From Patescibacteria group bacterium (GTDB lineage: Bacteria > Patescibacteriota > Microgenomatia > Levybacterales > UBA12049): a stretch of 64,000 nucleotides of DNA. Location of the stretch: the NCBI GenBank assembly GCA_035946335.1, contig DASYZL010000019.1:12414-76413 (forward strand). Direction: 5' to 3'. Below the pieces are notes generated by a model, which was not told the origin of the DNA, searched no databases, and worked only from the letters and a program-made list of their open reading frames with translations. Position numbers and translations under genes: made by a program. Numbering within the stretch: position 1 is the first letter of the stretch; every line of letters starts with the position of its first letter. Shown one piece after another: positions 42,172-51,822 of the stretch.

Positions 42172-44006
42172 CTATCCGCCTTTTTGAACGGATACTTCCC
42201 TCAAAAACTCGTTATAATCTCCCCCATCAACCTGTCCATCGTCATCAAGGATATCAGCTCCAGGTGAGAGCGTTGATGGACGGAACTGTGCTGGACAGAG
42301 TGAGGTATTGACTTGCGTACCGTAGCAGGAAACGAGAATATTATAATCGGTAAGATCAAGTTGGCCGACGTTCACTATATCACCATTCACCAGAGAGACA
42401 GACGGAAGGGTAATAGTCTGTCCTTGAGAAGCAGTAATAACCCCAGGTATCTGTTTGGAAAGAAATCCATCCATTTTCACCGTCACCGTGTACTGTCCTG
42501 AAGGAAGATTATTGGCTCCAACTGTTCCCTGGAAATTGCCACTTGTGGGAACATACTGAACGGTGCCTGTGACCGTAGCCACAGGTGCGCTTGTTGTTGT
42601 GAGGGTAACAGTGACAGCTCTTGCTGTGTGTAATGGTGCAGTATTCTTTCCAGAAGAAGATGATACATTGTCGCCACAGTTGCCTAACCCATGTGGACAA
42701 ATGGTTATATGGAATGTTGTTTGTCCTTGGGAAACTGTCGGTACTGGGGTAAGAGAAAAAGTTGGTGTTGGCTGTAGTGATGGCATACCTGCTGAACTTA
42801 TACGAAACAATCCGACACCGTGCGCTGCAATAGACGAGCTAATAGAATCCGTTGTGGTTGAAGTGGTATTTGTCCAAAGATTATGCATCGAATATGAACC
42901 AGCTTGTGTTATGCCAATTGCAGAAAGTGTTGTAGTAATTGTTGCGGTAGTTGTTCCTCCATTAAAAAGCAGTACTGCGTAGTCTCCATTTGCAAGCGGT
43001 CGCGCTAATACTTCTCCTGTTCCCTGAATATTTATTCGTTGTGCGGCTTTTCCTAATGGATCCTGATCAATTGCAATAACATCTTTATTGGTAAGTATTG
43101 CTTTTGTCGTTGCCGACATCGTACGTAAATCATTCCCTGCCAGCAGCGGGGCCGCAAGCATTGCCCATAAACTAAAATGGGTTTGATCTTCTATAACACT
43201 CATGCCGCCGTTTCCCACTTCCAGCATGTCAGGATCATTCCAATGCCCTGGTCCTGCGTGTGATGAGAGGGGTATCTCATCATGATAGAGAGTGGTTATA
43301 CTGGTAAAATTATCCTTAATATCCTGAAAAAACGCGCCATATTTGCGTATTGATACAGTGCGTCTATTTGTTTAAAGCCCGTATTTGCAACATGCATACT
43401 GATGACCATTGGACGGTTGTATTTTATAGAAAGATCAGAGAATAATTTTGCAGAGTTTATGATATCTTGTTCGGTTTTCCACGCACTGCAATTATCAATT
43501 TTCACAAAATCAACACCCCATGACGCGAACGTTTTCATGTCAATATCTTCATGCCCTAAACTTCCTAATAATCCACGACACGTTGTTAGTCCTTCTGTCG
43601 TATAGATGCCAAATTTTAATCCTTTTGCATGAACATAATTAATAAGATCAACAACACCATTTATACCGTTTACAGAAGGAAATCGTGTTTGATCAACACT
43701 AATTGTTCCATCTGGATTTCTTACCGTTCCTGCCCAGCTATCATCAACACTGAAATATATATATCCCGCGTCTTTTAAACCGCTATTCACCATAGCATCT
43801 GCTTCCTGTTTCAATATCTGTGAATTAACAGCATCATGAAAATGATTAAATTGATCCCATCCCATGGGAGGCGTTTGCGCAAGCTCGTTTGCCCCTATTG
43901 CCTGCTGTATGATTACCTGTTTTTGTTGGGTAAAGATGATGAGCAGAGGAAACGTGATTCCTAAAAACAAGAGACCAATAACTGATAAGAGCGATTTTGC
44001 TCGCAT
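42172..44006 (-). pseudogene. GH27 alpha-galactosidase with a C-terminal beta-sandwich and dockerin-like module, disrupted by a frameshift in a T6 homopolymer.
   Basis: The N-terminal ORF 43296..44006 has ..PPMGWDQFNHF.., KFGIYTTEGLTTC and DFVKIDNC. The C-terminal ORF 42172..43227 starts MLEVGNGGMS...SLWAMLAAPLLAGNDL, and its upstream in-frame sequence reads ..HAGPGHWNDPDMLEVGN. The frames switch at 43327-43332 (AAAAAA on the plus strand). The C-terminus has a dockerin-like DILDDDGQVDGGDYNEFL. Confidence 0.75.
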
Positions 44007-44111
44007 AGAAAGACGATATCTTTACTATAGCATAGCCATGTCAAAACTTGCTGTATTTGCCTGAGTTGAACTCTTGAGCCCTTTTTCACTTTTTCAAAGG
44101 ACACAAAGTCA

Positions 44112-45800
44112 TTACGGTTGTTGTGTTGCCTGGAAGAAAGTGTAGTTGATAGTTACACCTGATTGTTCACCGGTACGTATACCTGCGTGTCCCGATCCTG
44201 ATAGGGATGTATCTGTTACTGGTGTTGTTGTCCAGCCGGATGGTTCTATCATGCCAACCTGCCAGACTTTTGCATAGAGCGTAGAACCGATTATCCTGAA
44301 GCGGATAGTATAGAATGTATTTTTTATTGTGGTGAAAGCAGCAGAAGTCAAAACCTTCGTTGTCCCGGCAACTATTTTCTTTATCACCAATTGACTTCCG
44401 TTAAGGAAGGTATAATAGTAATTATTTGTATTCGTCTCCCGCAATACCAGTCCGACAGTATTGCCTGATGAGAACGCTGAGCTTTTAACTGTTGCAAGAA
44501 CTTCTGCATCTGTCACCGATGGTCCAAGCACACCAATATACGTTTTATTACTTGCGTTATACTCCTGTCCAGTATCATTTTTAATACTGAATACGTTGCT
44601 TGAACTCACGCTCCCACCCCATGTCAGCCCATCTGATGCCTTTCCCCAGTATGTTTGATTTGGTCTTTGAAAGGTATCTTGCGCAACGATTGTATTCACT
44701 GGTGTAGGTGTTGGGGTAGGAGTATTGGTTGGAGCAGAGGTTGGTGTGGGCGTCGAGTTAATAGCAGTAGTTAAATCACTCCAATGTTGCGTTGGATTAT
44801 CAGATTTTAAAACATCAAAATTGCTATACCAGAGGACAAGCCGCGGGGAAGCATTTTGCAACGTGAGGTTTAACATTGTCTCCAAATCAGAAAGAACTGG
44901 ATACGGACAGGTTGTAACACCAGGACACCGCCAGGCTTCATTCGGATATTCTGACCAGCTAAAGGACTGTAGCGTCATCGCAGATTGTTTACCATATTTG
45001 TTCGCAACAGCCTGCACAGCGGCAGCAATTGAGGCAGTCTGTGGGACTGACTCTCCTGCTCCCCATGAACCAACAGGATAATAGTCAACGCCAATGACAT
45101 CTGCGGTATCCTGAAAAGTTGTAAGTATAGACGTTGCGCCGGTTGCTCCTCCTCCTGTATTTTCTGTTGTCTCAATATTTAATCGGGGATGGCTGGGATC
45201 CAATTGGTGAACTAAATCGGTAAATGTTTTCAGAGCATCATGATTCGCTGGTTGAACTTCTTCAACATAATACCCCCACAGAGCAGGATTATTTTTTACA
45301 AGATTAACTACATAGGTAATAAAATCTGTGTTATTTTGGCAGGCTGTATTATCAGGACGAACACATGTTGCTGCAAGACCTTTATAGTAAGTTAGTAAAT
45401 TCGTTCCATTCCAAAGAGCAGAATCACTCATGCTAAAAATGACTTTCATGCCTAAAGAATTTGCGTAGTTGAGGTAATCTTCCATTCCTGCCGCATCTCC
45501 CCATAACTGGTCGTAATTAACAACCAATCTAACTCCTCCTTGCGATATTTTCAGTAATCTTGGTTTGCATCCGTTAGGATCAGCTGTTCCCCACGATGTA
45601 CATGATTCATATATTCCTTGCCCATATGAAGGCACACTCCCCGCTGCATGCTGTTGCAGTATAACCTTTTTTTGCAACTGAAACATTGTAAGAGGAAGTG
45701 CTACGATGATAAGAAAAAGGGAAAGAATACTAATTGTTTTTCCGGACTTTACGGAAAAAAAAGCATTAGCACGTTTCAGGTTTGATGTTTTCTTCTTCAT
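44112..45800 (-). CDS. Secreted TIM-barrel glycoside hydrolase (clan GH-A-like, family uncertain) with a Pro/Thr linker and a C-terminal jelly-roll/lectin-like domain.
   Basis: 562 aa with a signal-anchor. The catalytic-domain-like region is ..MKVIFSMSDSALWNG.., ..YYVEEVQPANHD.., ..VIGVDYYPVGSWG... It has a PTPTSAPTNTPTPTPTP linker and a beta-rich C-terminal ~190 aa. Confidence 0.5.
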   Translation of the reverse strand: MKKKTSNLKRANAFFSVKSGKTISILSLFLIIVALPLTMFQLQKKVILQQHAAGSVPSYGQGIYESCTSWGTADPNGCKPRLLKISQGGVRLVVNYDQLWGDAAGMEDYLNYANSLGMKVIFSMSDSALWNGTNLLTYYKGLAATCVRPDNTACQNNTDFITYVVNLVKNNPALWGYYVEEVQPANHDALKTFTDLVHQLDPSHPRLNIETTENTGGGATGATSILTTFQDTADVIGVDYYPVGSWGAGESVPQTASIAAAVQAVANKYGKQSAMTLQSFSWSEYPNEAWRCPGVTTCPYPVLSDLETMLNLTLQNASPRLVLWYSNFDVLKSDNPTQHWSDLTTAINSTPTPTSAPTNTPTPTPTPVNTIVAQDTFQRPNQTYWGKASDGLTWGGSVSSSNVFSIKNDTGQEYNASNKTYIGVLGPSVTDAEVLATVKSSAFSSGNTVGLVLRETNTNNYYYTFLNGSQLVIKKIVAGTTKVLTSAAFTTIKNTFYTIRFRIIGSTLYAKVWQVGMIEPSGWTTTPVTDTSLSGSGHAGIRTGEQSGVTINYTFFQATQQP

Positions 45801-45982
45801 TAATAGTATATTAGAGTAACTAACTATAAGTTAAACAGAACAGATAGAAATTGTCAATAATTTTCTATAAGCCTACTTAAACCCGAATCATTTCATGTAA
45901 TGAAGCAGCCCGTAAACAATTCTTTTCCGCAAAAAAAGATGTCCGTAATTTCCAAACCCATTCGTGACACCTTTTCTTGTTA

Positions 45983-46297
45983 TTATGCTGCTTTTTGTTT
46001 TCTGAAACAATCGCGGCACAACACAGGCCTGTCGCCTTTTGGCTGAAATGGTACTGTATCTTTTTTTCCGCACTCGGCGCAGGTAATTTCATATAATTGA
46101 CGTTGTCCGCCGGTATGATAACCACCGCCATTGTCACCCATTCTGTTTTTCTTTGCAGAACGACATTCAGGGCATCGTTTTGGCGCGTTCGTAAAACCTT
46201 TTTTGGCGTAAAATTCTTGCTCTGAAGCTGTCCAAACAAATTGTTTACCGCAATCAACGCAGGTTAAATTTTGATCTTGATATTGCATGGAGTTCAC
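45983..46297 (-). CDS. Small duplicated zinc-ribbon protein.
   Basis: 104 aa with two copies of C-x2-C...FYAKKGF...C-x2-C / C-x2-C...C-x2-C (CVDCGKQF...RCPECR; CAECGKKD...LCRDCF). Confidence 0.6.
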   Translation of the reverse strand: MNSMQYQDQNLTCVDCGKQFVWTASEQEFYAKKGFTNAPKRCPECRSAKKNRMGDNGGGYHTGGQRQLYEITCAECGKKDTVPFQPKGDRPVLCRDCFRKQKAA

Positions 46298-46404
46298 CTC
46301 CTCTCATTCTTCCAAAATGTTTCCTTTGCTCTTTATGAGAGAAAGTGAATTTGGAGTCCATAGCGATTATACCGAATCGTAAGGTAAAACACAAGGAATA
46401 GTTG

Positions 46405-46477
46405 TGGACCGTATCGGATTTGAACCGACAACCTTACGAATGCCATTCGCACGCTCTACCAATTGAGCTAACGGCCC
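46405..46477 (-). tRNA. tRNA-Ala, anticodon GGC.
   Basis: The minus-strand cloverleaf is GGGCCGT-TA-GCTC-AATTGGT-AGAGC-G-TGCGA-ATGGCAT-TCGTA-AGGTT-GTCGG-TTCAAAT-CCGAT-ACGGTCC-A. The G3·U70 alanine identity pair is present. Confidence 0.75.
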
Positions 46478-46500
46478 AAGTTATTAACTTTCCCCTTTTG

Positions 46501-46573
46501 TGGACTTGAGGAGATTCGAACTCCCGATCTCCGCAATGCGAATGCGGCGCTCTACCAACTGAGCTACAAGCCC
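46501..46573 (-). tRNA. tRNA-Ala, anticodon CGC.
   Basis: GGGCTTG-TA-GCTC-AGTTGGT-AGAGC-G-CCGCA-TTCGCAT-TGCGG-AGATC-GGGAG-TTCGAAT-CTCCT-CAAGTCC-A. G3·U70 is present. Confidence 0.8.
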
Positions 46574-46594
46574 GTGTGATCCATTATATAAAAA

Positions 46595-47560
46595 TTACGG
46601 CAGATACGAAAGCGGATTGAGGTATCCGTCGGGAGAACGGATTTCAAAGTGGGTGTGTGGTCCTGTTGAATTTCCTGTATCGCCACGATAACCAATCAGT
46701 TGTCCAGCGGTAATGGAATCTCCTGTTGCAACTGGCGGTTGACCAACCATATGTGCATACATGGTCGACCATCCCCCACCATTACTCAATAACACGTGGC
46801 ATCCATACCCATAATTCCAGCCACAATCAGCCTCCATAACAACACCTGCTTTTGCCGCATAAATAGGTGTTCCTATAGGACCAGCAATATCAATCGCTTT
46901 GTGATACCAAGAATACCCTTGGGTAATCAACCCTTGAATAGGCCAATTGAATCCTGTACCAGTAAAGGTAATCTGTGTTGGCGCTGATGCGATGAATGTT
47001 GGCGCTGTATATGTTGATTGTGCTGTTGGCGGAATACCGTCGGGAACAACCAGGTCCTGTCCGCTAACCAGAGAAAACGTTTCGGGATTAGCAAAATCAT
47101 TGAATGGAAAATCAACAATTTTCTGCGCATTTGTCTTGAGTTTATCTGCGATAGAGTAAACAGTATCGCCCGATTCCACTTTGTATAACACACCGGATAC
47201 TGGCAAAATTTGTAGTTGATCTCCTACTGAAACCTCATCACTTGTTAAATTATTTGCCCATTTGATGGTATCAACCGAAATATCAAACTTTTGCGCTATT
47301 GCAGTTAAGGTATCTCCATGTTCAACCGTATAGGTAATCACTTTACCTCTGTGACCGCTTGAAACGGTATTAAAAACATTTTCATCAACCGTGACAGACT
47401 GCGTACCACTTGCGGGAGACGGAATGCGCTGAATGGCATTAACGCTTGTTGAGAAAATGGGAAGCGTATCAGTCAGAACTGGCGCAATCATAACGCCAAG
47501 TCCTAACAAGCCAATAGTTGCAATGTGAAGAAATGTTCTGTTGTATTTTCCCCGCTTCAT
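46595..47560 (-). CDS. Secreted LysM-domain (two copies) M23-family metallopeptidase (peptidoglycan hydrolase).
   Basis: Two LysM repeats (YTVEHGDTLTAIAQKF..., YKVESGDTVYSIADKL...). The M23 motifs are HKAIDIAGP...GYGCHVLLSNGGGWSTMYAHM...GNSTGPHTHFEI. Start preferred at the Met at 47560 (MKRGKYNRTFLHIATIGLLGLGV signal-anchor) rather than 47728. Confidence 0.85.
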   Translation of the reverse strand: MKRGKYNRTFLHIATIGLLGLGVMIAPVLTDTLPIFSTSVNAIQRIPSPASGTQSVTVDENVFNTVSSGHRGKVITYTVEHGDTLTAIAQKFDISVDTIKWANNLTSDEVSVGDQLQILPVSGVLYKVESGDTVYSIADKLKTNAQKIVDFPFNDFANPETFSLVSGQDLVVPDGIPPTAQSTYTAPTFIASAPTQITFTGTGFNWPIQGLITQGYSWYHKAIDIAGPIGTPIYAAKAGVVMEADCGWNYGYGCHVLLSNGGGWSTMYAHMVGQPPVATGDSITAGQLIGYRGDTGNSTGPHTHFEIRSPDGYLNPLSYLP

Positions 47561-47793
47561 TAAAAGAAAGCGGACAAGTAAGTTTTTTTCTTTTTCAAAG
47601 AAAAGAAAAAAACCGTTGAGGTATTTTTTGGAGTAGAGAAAAAGAAATTCCGAGAAAGACGCAACTTCAAAAGCAAAATTCGTCAGATAAGAACGCGACA
47701 AAGGCAGCAAGCGTTTGATTATGTGCATGGGAGAATTTTATATTAGCAAAACACGCAGGATATGTCAAATTAACTTTCAGGAAGAATCTCTCT

Positions 47794-49008
47794 TTATTTT
47801 CCTAAACTTTCTAGAAAAGCGTTATTGTCATCTGTTTTCATCAGTCGTTCAATGAGGGTTTGCGTACGCTCCTCGGGTCCAAGCATTTCCAGCATGCGTC
47901 GCATGGTAATAACTTTCTTTAAAATTCCTTCCGAAAGGATAAGTTCTTCCTGGCGGGTTCCGGACTTACTGACATTGATTGCGGGAAAAATTCGTTTCTC
48001 CGCAAGCGAACGCTCCAAATGTAACTCCATGTTACCTGTACCCTTAAATTCTTCATAAATCAAGTCGTCCATCCTGCTTCCTGTTTCAACTAAAGCAGTA
48101 CCTATAATGGTAAGACTTCCCCCTTCCTGACAGCTTCTTGCTGCACCAAAAAACCGCTTTGCCGGAAAAAGAGCTGCAGGATCAAATCCACCGGAAAGTG
48201 TTCGACCACTTGGTGCAACCGCTAAATTATATGCGCGGGCGAGGCGCGTTATAGAATCAAGCAGGATGATAACATCTTTCCCCATCTCAACCAAACGTTT
48301 TGCCCGTTCAAGGGTAATTTCTGCTACGCGAATCTGGTTTTCGGGTGATTCATCAAAATTACTTGCAACAACTTCGCCTTTAACAGACATTGAAATATCG
48401 GTAACTTCCTCAGGACGCTCTGCAATAAGCGCTGCCATGAGGTGTACCTCTGGAAAATTCTTTGAGATCCCTGCAGCAATATCTTTAATAATTGTTGTTT
48501 TTCCGGCCTTTGGCGGAGAAACGATCATGCCACGCTGACCAAATCCAATCGGCGCAATCAGATCAATCATCCTGGTTGATAATGGTATCTTCCCTGTCGC
48601 AAGGATAATTTGTTTCTTTGGATACATTGCAGTTAGGTCGTCGAACCAAACACGTCGTTGTACCTGATCTGCCGGTGCATTATTGACTGTTTCAACCTTA
48701 AGTAGACCATAGTATCGTTCATTATCTTTTGGCGGACGCGCCACACCACTAACCAAATCTCCTGCGCGAAGCATGAATCTGCGAATTTGTGATTGAGAAA
48801 TGTAGATGTCTCGATTTGAAGGAACGAATTTCGGACGCAAAAAACCGTGTCCTTCAGGTTGCAAATCTAAAATCCCTTGTACTGTTTCTGTCGGACCCTG
48901 TAAGGCTGCAGGATTTGAAATACTATTGTTGTCTCCTTGAAACGGATGCGAGATCGGTTGACCAACAATATGTTCTGCTGAAGTTCTGTCAGATGATTTT
49001 ATAGGCAT
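47794..49008 (-). CDS. rho: Transcription termination factor Rho.
   Basis: 404 aa with an RNA-binding OB region and the ATPase core ..GFGQRGMIVSPPKAGKTTIIKDIA.., plus the Q- and R-loop context. Confidence 0.9.
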   Translation of the reverse strand: MPIKSSDRTSAEHIVGQPISHPFQGDNNSISNPAALQGPTETVQGILDLQPEGHGFLRPKFVPSNRDIYISQSQIRRFMLRAGDLVSGVARPPKDNERYYGLLKVETVNNAPADQVQRRVWFDDLTAMYPKKQIILATGKIPLSTRMIDLIAPIGFGQRGMIVSPPKAGKTTIIKDIAAGISKNFPEVHLMAALIAERPEEVTDISMSVKGEVVASNFDESPENQIRVAEITLERAKRLVEMGKDVIILLDSITRLARAYNLAVAPSGRTLSGGFDPAALFPAKRFFGAARSCQEGGSLTIIGTALVETGSRMDDLIYEEFKGTGNMELHLERSLAEKRIFPAINVSKSGTRQEELILSEGILKKVITMRRMLEMLGPEERTQTLIERLMKTDDNNAFLESLGK

Positions 49009-49262
49009 AAATTGGTTAATCAGTCATGTTTGGGAACTAAACAAAATTCGAAGAAAGAAAAAGATTACCGTTTGTATTATACACTATTGTCAATGTCACT
49101 TGTCAAGAGATGAAAATTGTGCGTAAAAAAGAAAGCAAATAAGCTGAAATACTATTTGGCTCGCTTATTTGACAGATCCCATAATCTTTGCTAAACTTTC
49201 TTCACAGTAAGCATACCTGCGCAACAGCATCGATAACCATATTACTTCTGCTCCATAGTCAT

Positions 49263-50024
49263 ATGAATACCCAAAACATAACACAACCATTTATTTCCAT
49301 TGTTCTTCCCGTTTTCAATGACGCATATTATCTCCCATCTTGCCTTGATAGTATACTCGCACAAAGCTACGATAATTTTGAAGTAATTGCTATTGATGAC
49401 TTTTCCCGCGATGACTCATGGAAGGTACTTCGGATCTACCGTTCATCTGATGAGCGTATCAAAATATATCGAAATGTAAAGCATTATGGCAAAGTACTGA
49501 CTATAAACAGAATTTTGAGAAAAGCAAAAGGACAGTATCTTGTCTTTATGGACCCAAAAGACAGGATGTATAAAGAGAAAGTCAAAAAACAACTACACTA
49601 CCTGCAACGCCATGAAAAAATTGTTGGGGTAGGCACGCAATGTAGCCTTGTAAATGAGCAAACAAAGCGCGTTGGTACAACTGGCTATCCCCACCATATA
49701 CTTTCTAGCTTTGAGGCACTCCGCATGGAACCTGGAACAATAATGATAAATAAACTGCTTCTTCCAAAAGACCTTTTATATTTCAGTGGCGATGAAGATT
49801 TTATGTATACCACTATGGTAATGAAATTATTTTCGTTCGGTATCCTAGCCAATCTTTTACAACCATTGCAATACCATTACATCGAAACAAGCGCAGTCAT
49901 GTCGCCGATTTCGCGTGTTGCATCTACAATTCGCCTGACTATGTTGTCTTTTTTTGAGCATAACCACCTCCCCTCTCCACGATATGTGTATTCACTTTTC
50001 TCCAGAGCAACAATGTTGTCCTAA
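49263..50024 (+). CDS. Family-2 glycosyltransferase.
   Basis: The N-terminal ISIVLPVFNDAYYLPSCLDSILAQSYDNFEVIAIDDFSRDDS is a classic GT2 (GT-A, DxD) signature. The ATG at 49263 is preferred over the ORF-track start at 49188. Confidence 0.75.
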   Translation: MNTQNITQPFISIVLPVFNDAYYLPSCLDSILAQSYDNFEVIAIDDFSRDDSWKVLRIYRSSDERIKIYRNVKHYGKVLTINRILRKAKGQYLVFMDPKDRMYKEKVKKQLHYLQRHEKIVGVGTQCSLVNEQTKRVGTTGYPHHILSSFEALRMEPGTIMINKLLLPKDLLYFSGDEDFMYTTMVMKLFSFGILANLLQPLQYHYIETSAVMSPISRVASTIRLTMLSFFEHNHLPSPRYVYSLFSRATMLS

Positions 50025-50160
50025 AACAACGTATCTTTTCCATAAGTTATCCACATTTTTTTTCTATATAATATTTTGCCTTTACAATAACCTAATCGTT
50101 ATATTGTTTGCTATAGGATATATGATATTTTCCGATATCATTGCTATGGGTTGACAACAA

Positions 50161-50349
50161 ATGTCCCACTATGCTACACTTTTTGTCGTTATGTTAGACC
50201 GACTTACCAGCCGAATCATGAAACGCTTTCAGAAAAAGCAACGAAAAACCCTTGAAACATATAAACGGGAAACATTAGTTGCGGTTGGCAGAACACAATT
50301 TCAAACGTTACTGAAGAAAAAATTACAGCTTCCTATTGGAATATGGTAA
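50161..50349 (+). CDS. Hypothetical small basic protein.
   Basis: 62 aa, K/R-rich. The ORF is immediately followed by an imperfect long hairpin (50363..50417). Confidence 0.2.
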   Translation: MSHYATLFVVMLDRLTSRIMKRFQKKQRKTLETYKRETLVAVGRTQFQTLLKKKLQLPIGIW

Positions 50350-51017
50350 ATTGATAAAAAAGAGCATCGCTTTCGTTACTTGGTGAATAAATTCGTACGA
50401 TAAGCAATGCTCTTGCAATTTGCAATTAGTCCTTTAGGCAGGAATAAACTAAGTGCAGAATTAATTAATACATAAAATTGCAATATATGTCAAGAAAAAT
50501 TGCTGAAGCTAAAAATGGTTATTTTTCTTGACAGGATAATATAAATGGAAAAGAGAAAATTGAGTCCATTTATTATTCGGAATTGTTTTTTTATTCTGAT
50601 AGGGTAAGAAAGTTGGGCAGGCTTTCTTACCCGCTTAGAGTAAATAAGCACTTACTGCTTTCCCAAAATAACAAGTATATCAGCAGCGTCTTTTGGCTCT
50701 ATTTCTCTCTTAGGTAAGCTCCCTACTGTTCTACCCAGCATGCACACAATCTCTGATGCGCTTGTAGATTGCTTCTCTGGTAGATCAATGGTCATGCTGT
50801 GTTTGTAGTCACTTTGACTGGCATTACTCTTATCAACTCTCACTCCAGTAATTTTTTCCACAAAATAAAACTGCTCGCTATGCTATAAGCAAGAATAAAA
50901 CTTCTCTTTTCCACTCTTGGAGAAAGTCGAATGAGAAGATATGAAGAAGAGCGAAGCCTAAAAAAGCAAAATATGCTTATAACACTATCCTATCTCCAAG
51001 AATGGCTGAGCTATCTT

Positions 51018-51386
51018 TTAGACAACATCGGTGACATACAGCAGAGCAACAGTACTTGTTGTTTCTCTCAGTTCCTGAAATAGTAACTGGTAAAGTTCTT
51101 GTAAGAACGTCATGGTAGTTTCACCCCCTTTCTTCTCAATCATCGAAATTATGGATATCAACGGGCTTATGGGTTTTTTGCTATGTACGGATGGCAGTAC
51201 AATCCATGAGAAGGAAATCAACTCCTGAGAATCTCTGTTACCTAGGAAGAAAAAACAATTTCTTCCGCCACGGGCAATGAGATAAAAGTTAGCGTATGGA
51301 GAATCAGCATGGATTAAACGAATAAGTAGGTCAACGATTTTTTGCCACAATGTTATTGGAGTATTTTGTTGGGCAGATATTTTCAT
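51018..51386 (-). CDS. Hypothetical protein (small ORF in an AT-rich accessory patch).
   Basis: 122-aa ORF only, with no motif recognised. Confidence 0.25.
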   Translation of the reverse strand: MKISAQQNTPITLWQKIVDLLIRLIHADSPYANFYLIARGGRNCFFFLGNRDSQELISFSWIVLPSVHSKKPISPLISIISMIEKKGGETTMTFLQELYQLLFQELRETTSTVALLYVTDVV

Positions 51387-51528
51387 AATCTTGGATAATA
51401 GTTTCTTATTTTAGTATGGCCTTGTGAAAAACATATGGTCAACTATTGACAAAAGTTGTATACAATTGCATACTATTGCTAATAATTGTATATTCTAAGA
51501 CGCATGGTTATGTGAAATTTTTATCGTT

Positions 51529-51804
51529 ATGGAAAACTTTCTCTCTGTCAGACAAATCGCGTATATATTAAAAGTGCATCCGTTAACAATTAGACGGTAT
51601 ATCCGTGAAGGCAAACTAAAAGCGGTCAGGATCGGTGGCACTGTACGAATCAAAGAAACAGAGCTGCAAAATTTCCATAAAGAACTTTCAGTCGCTACCC
51701 CGCAACAAAGTATTATCATAAAAGCAAAGCAGCACGCAGCGAGACCTTTTAGTGATGCTGATCCAATATTCCGGTTGCAAGGAAGGGGTGCTAGCTTAAA
51801 ATAA
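51529..51804 (+). CDS. Excisionase/MerR-like helix-turn-helix DNA-binding protein (putative antitoxin).
   Basis: 91 aa. LSVRQIAYILKVHPLTIRRYIREGKLKAVRIGGTVRIKETEL matches the HTH_17 excisionase-family DNA-binding domain. It lies 18 nt upstream of a PIN-like ORF. Confidence 0.6.
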   Translation: MENFLSVRQIAYILKVHPLTIRRYIREGKLKAVRIGGTVRIKETELQNFHKELSVATPQQSIIIKAKQHAARPFSDADPIFRLQGRGASLK

Positions 51805-51822
51805 GAATAATGAGAGAAGTAT

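Noticed and set aside
45877-46257. Alternative-frame ORFs (45877..46257, 45888..46073) overlapping the zinc-ribbon gene.
   Set aside because: The 45983..46297 frame gives a coherent duplicated CxxC...CxxC zinc-ribbon. The overlapping frames have no motif and are shorter or out of context.
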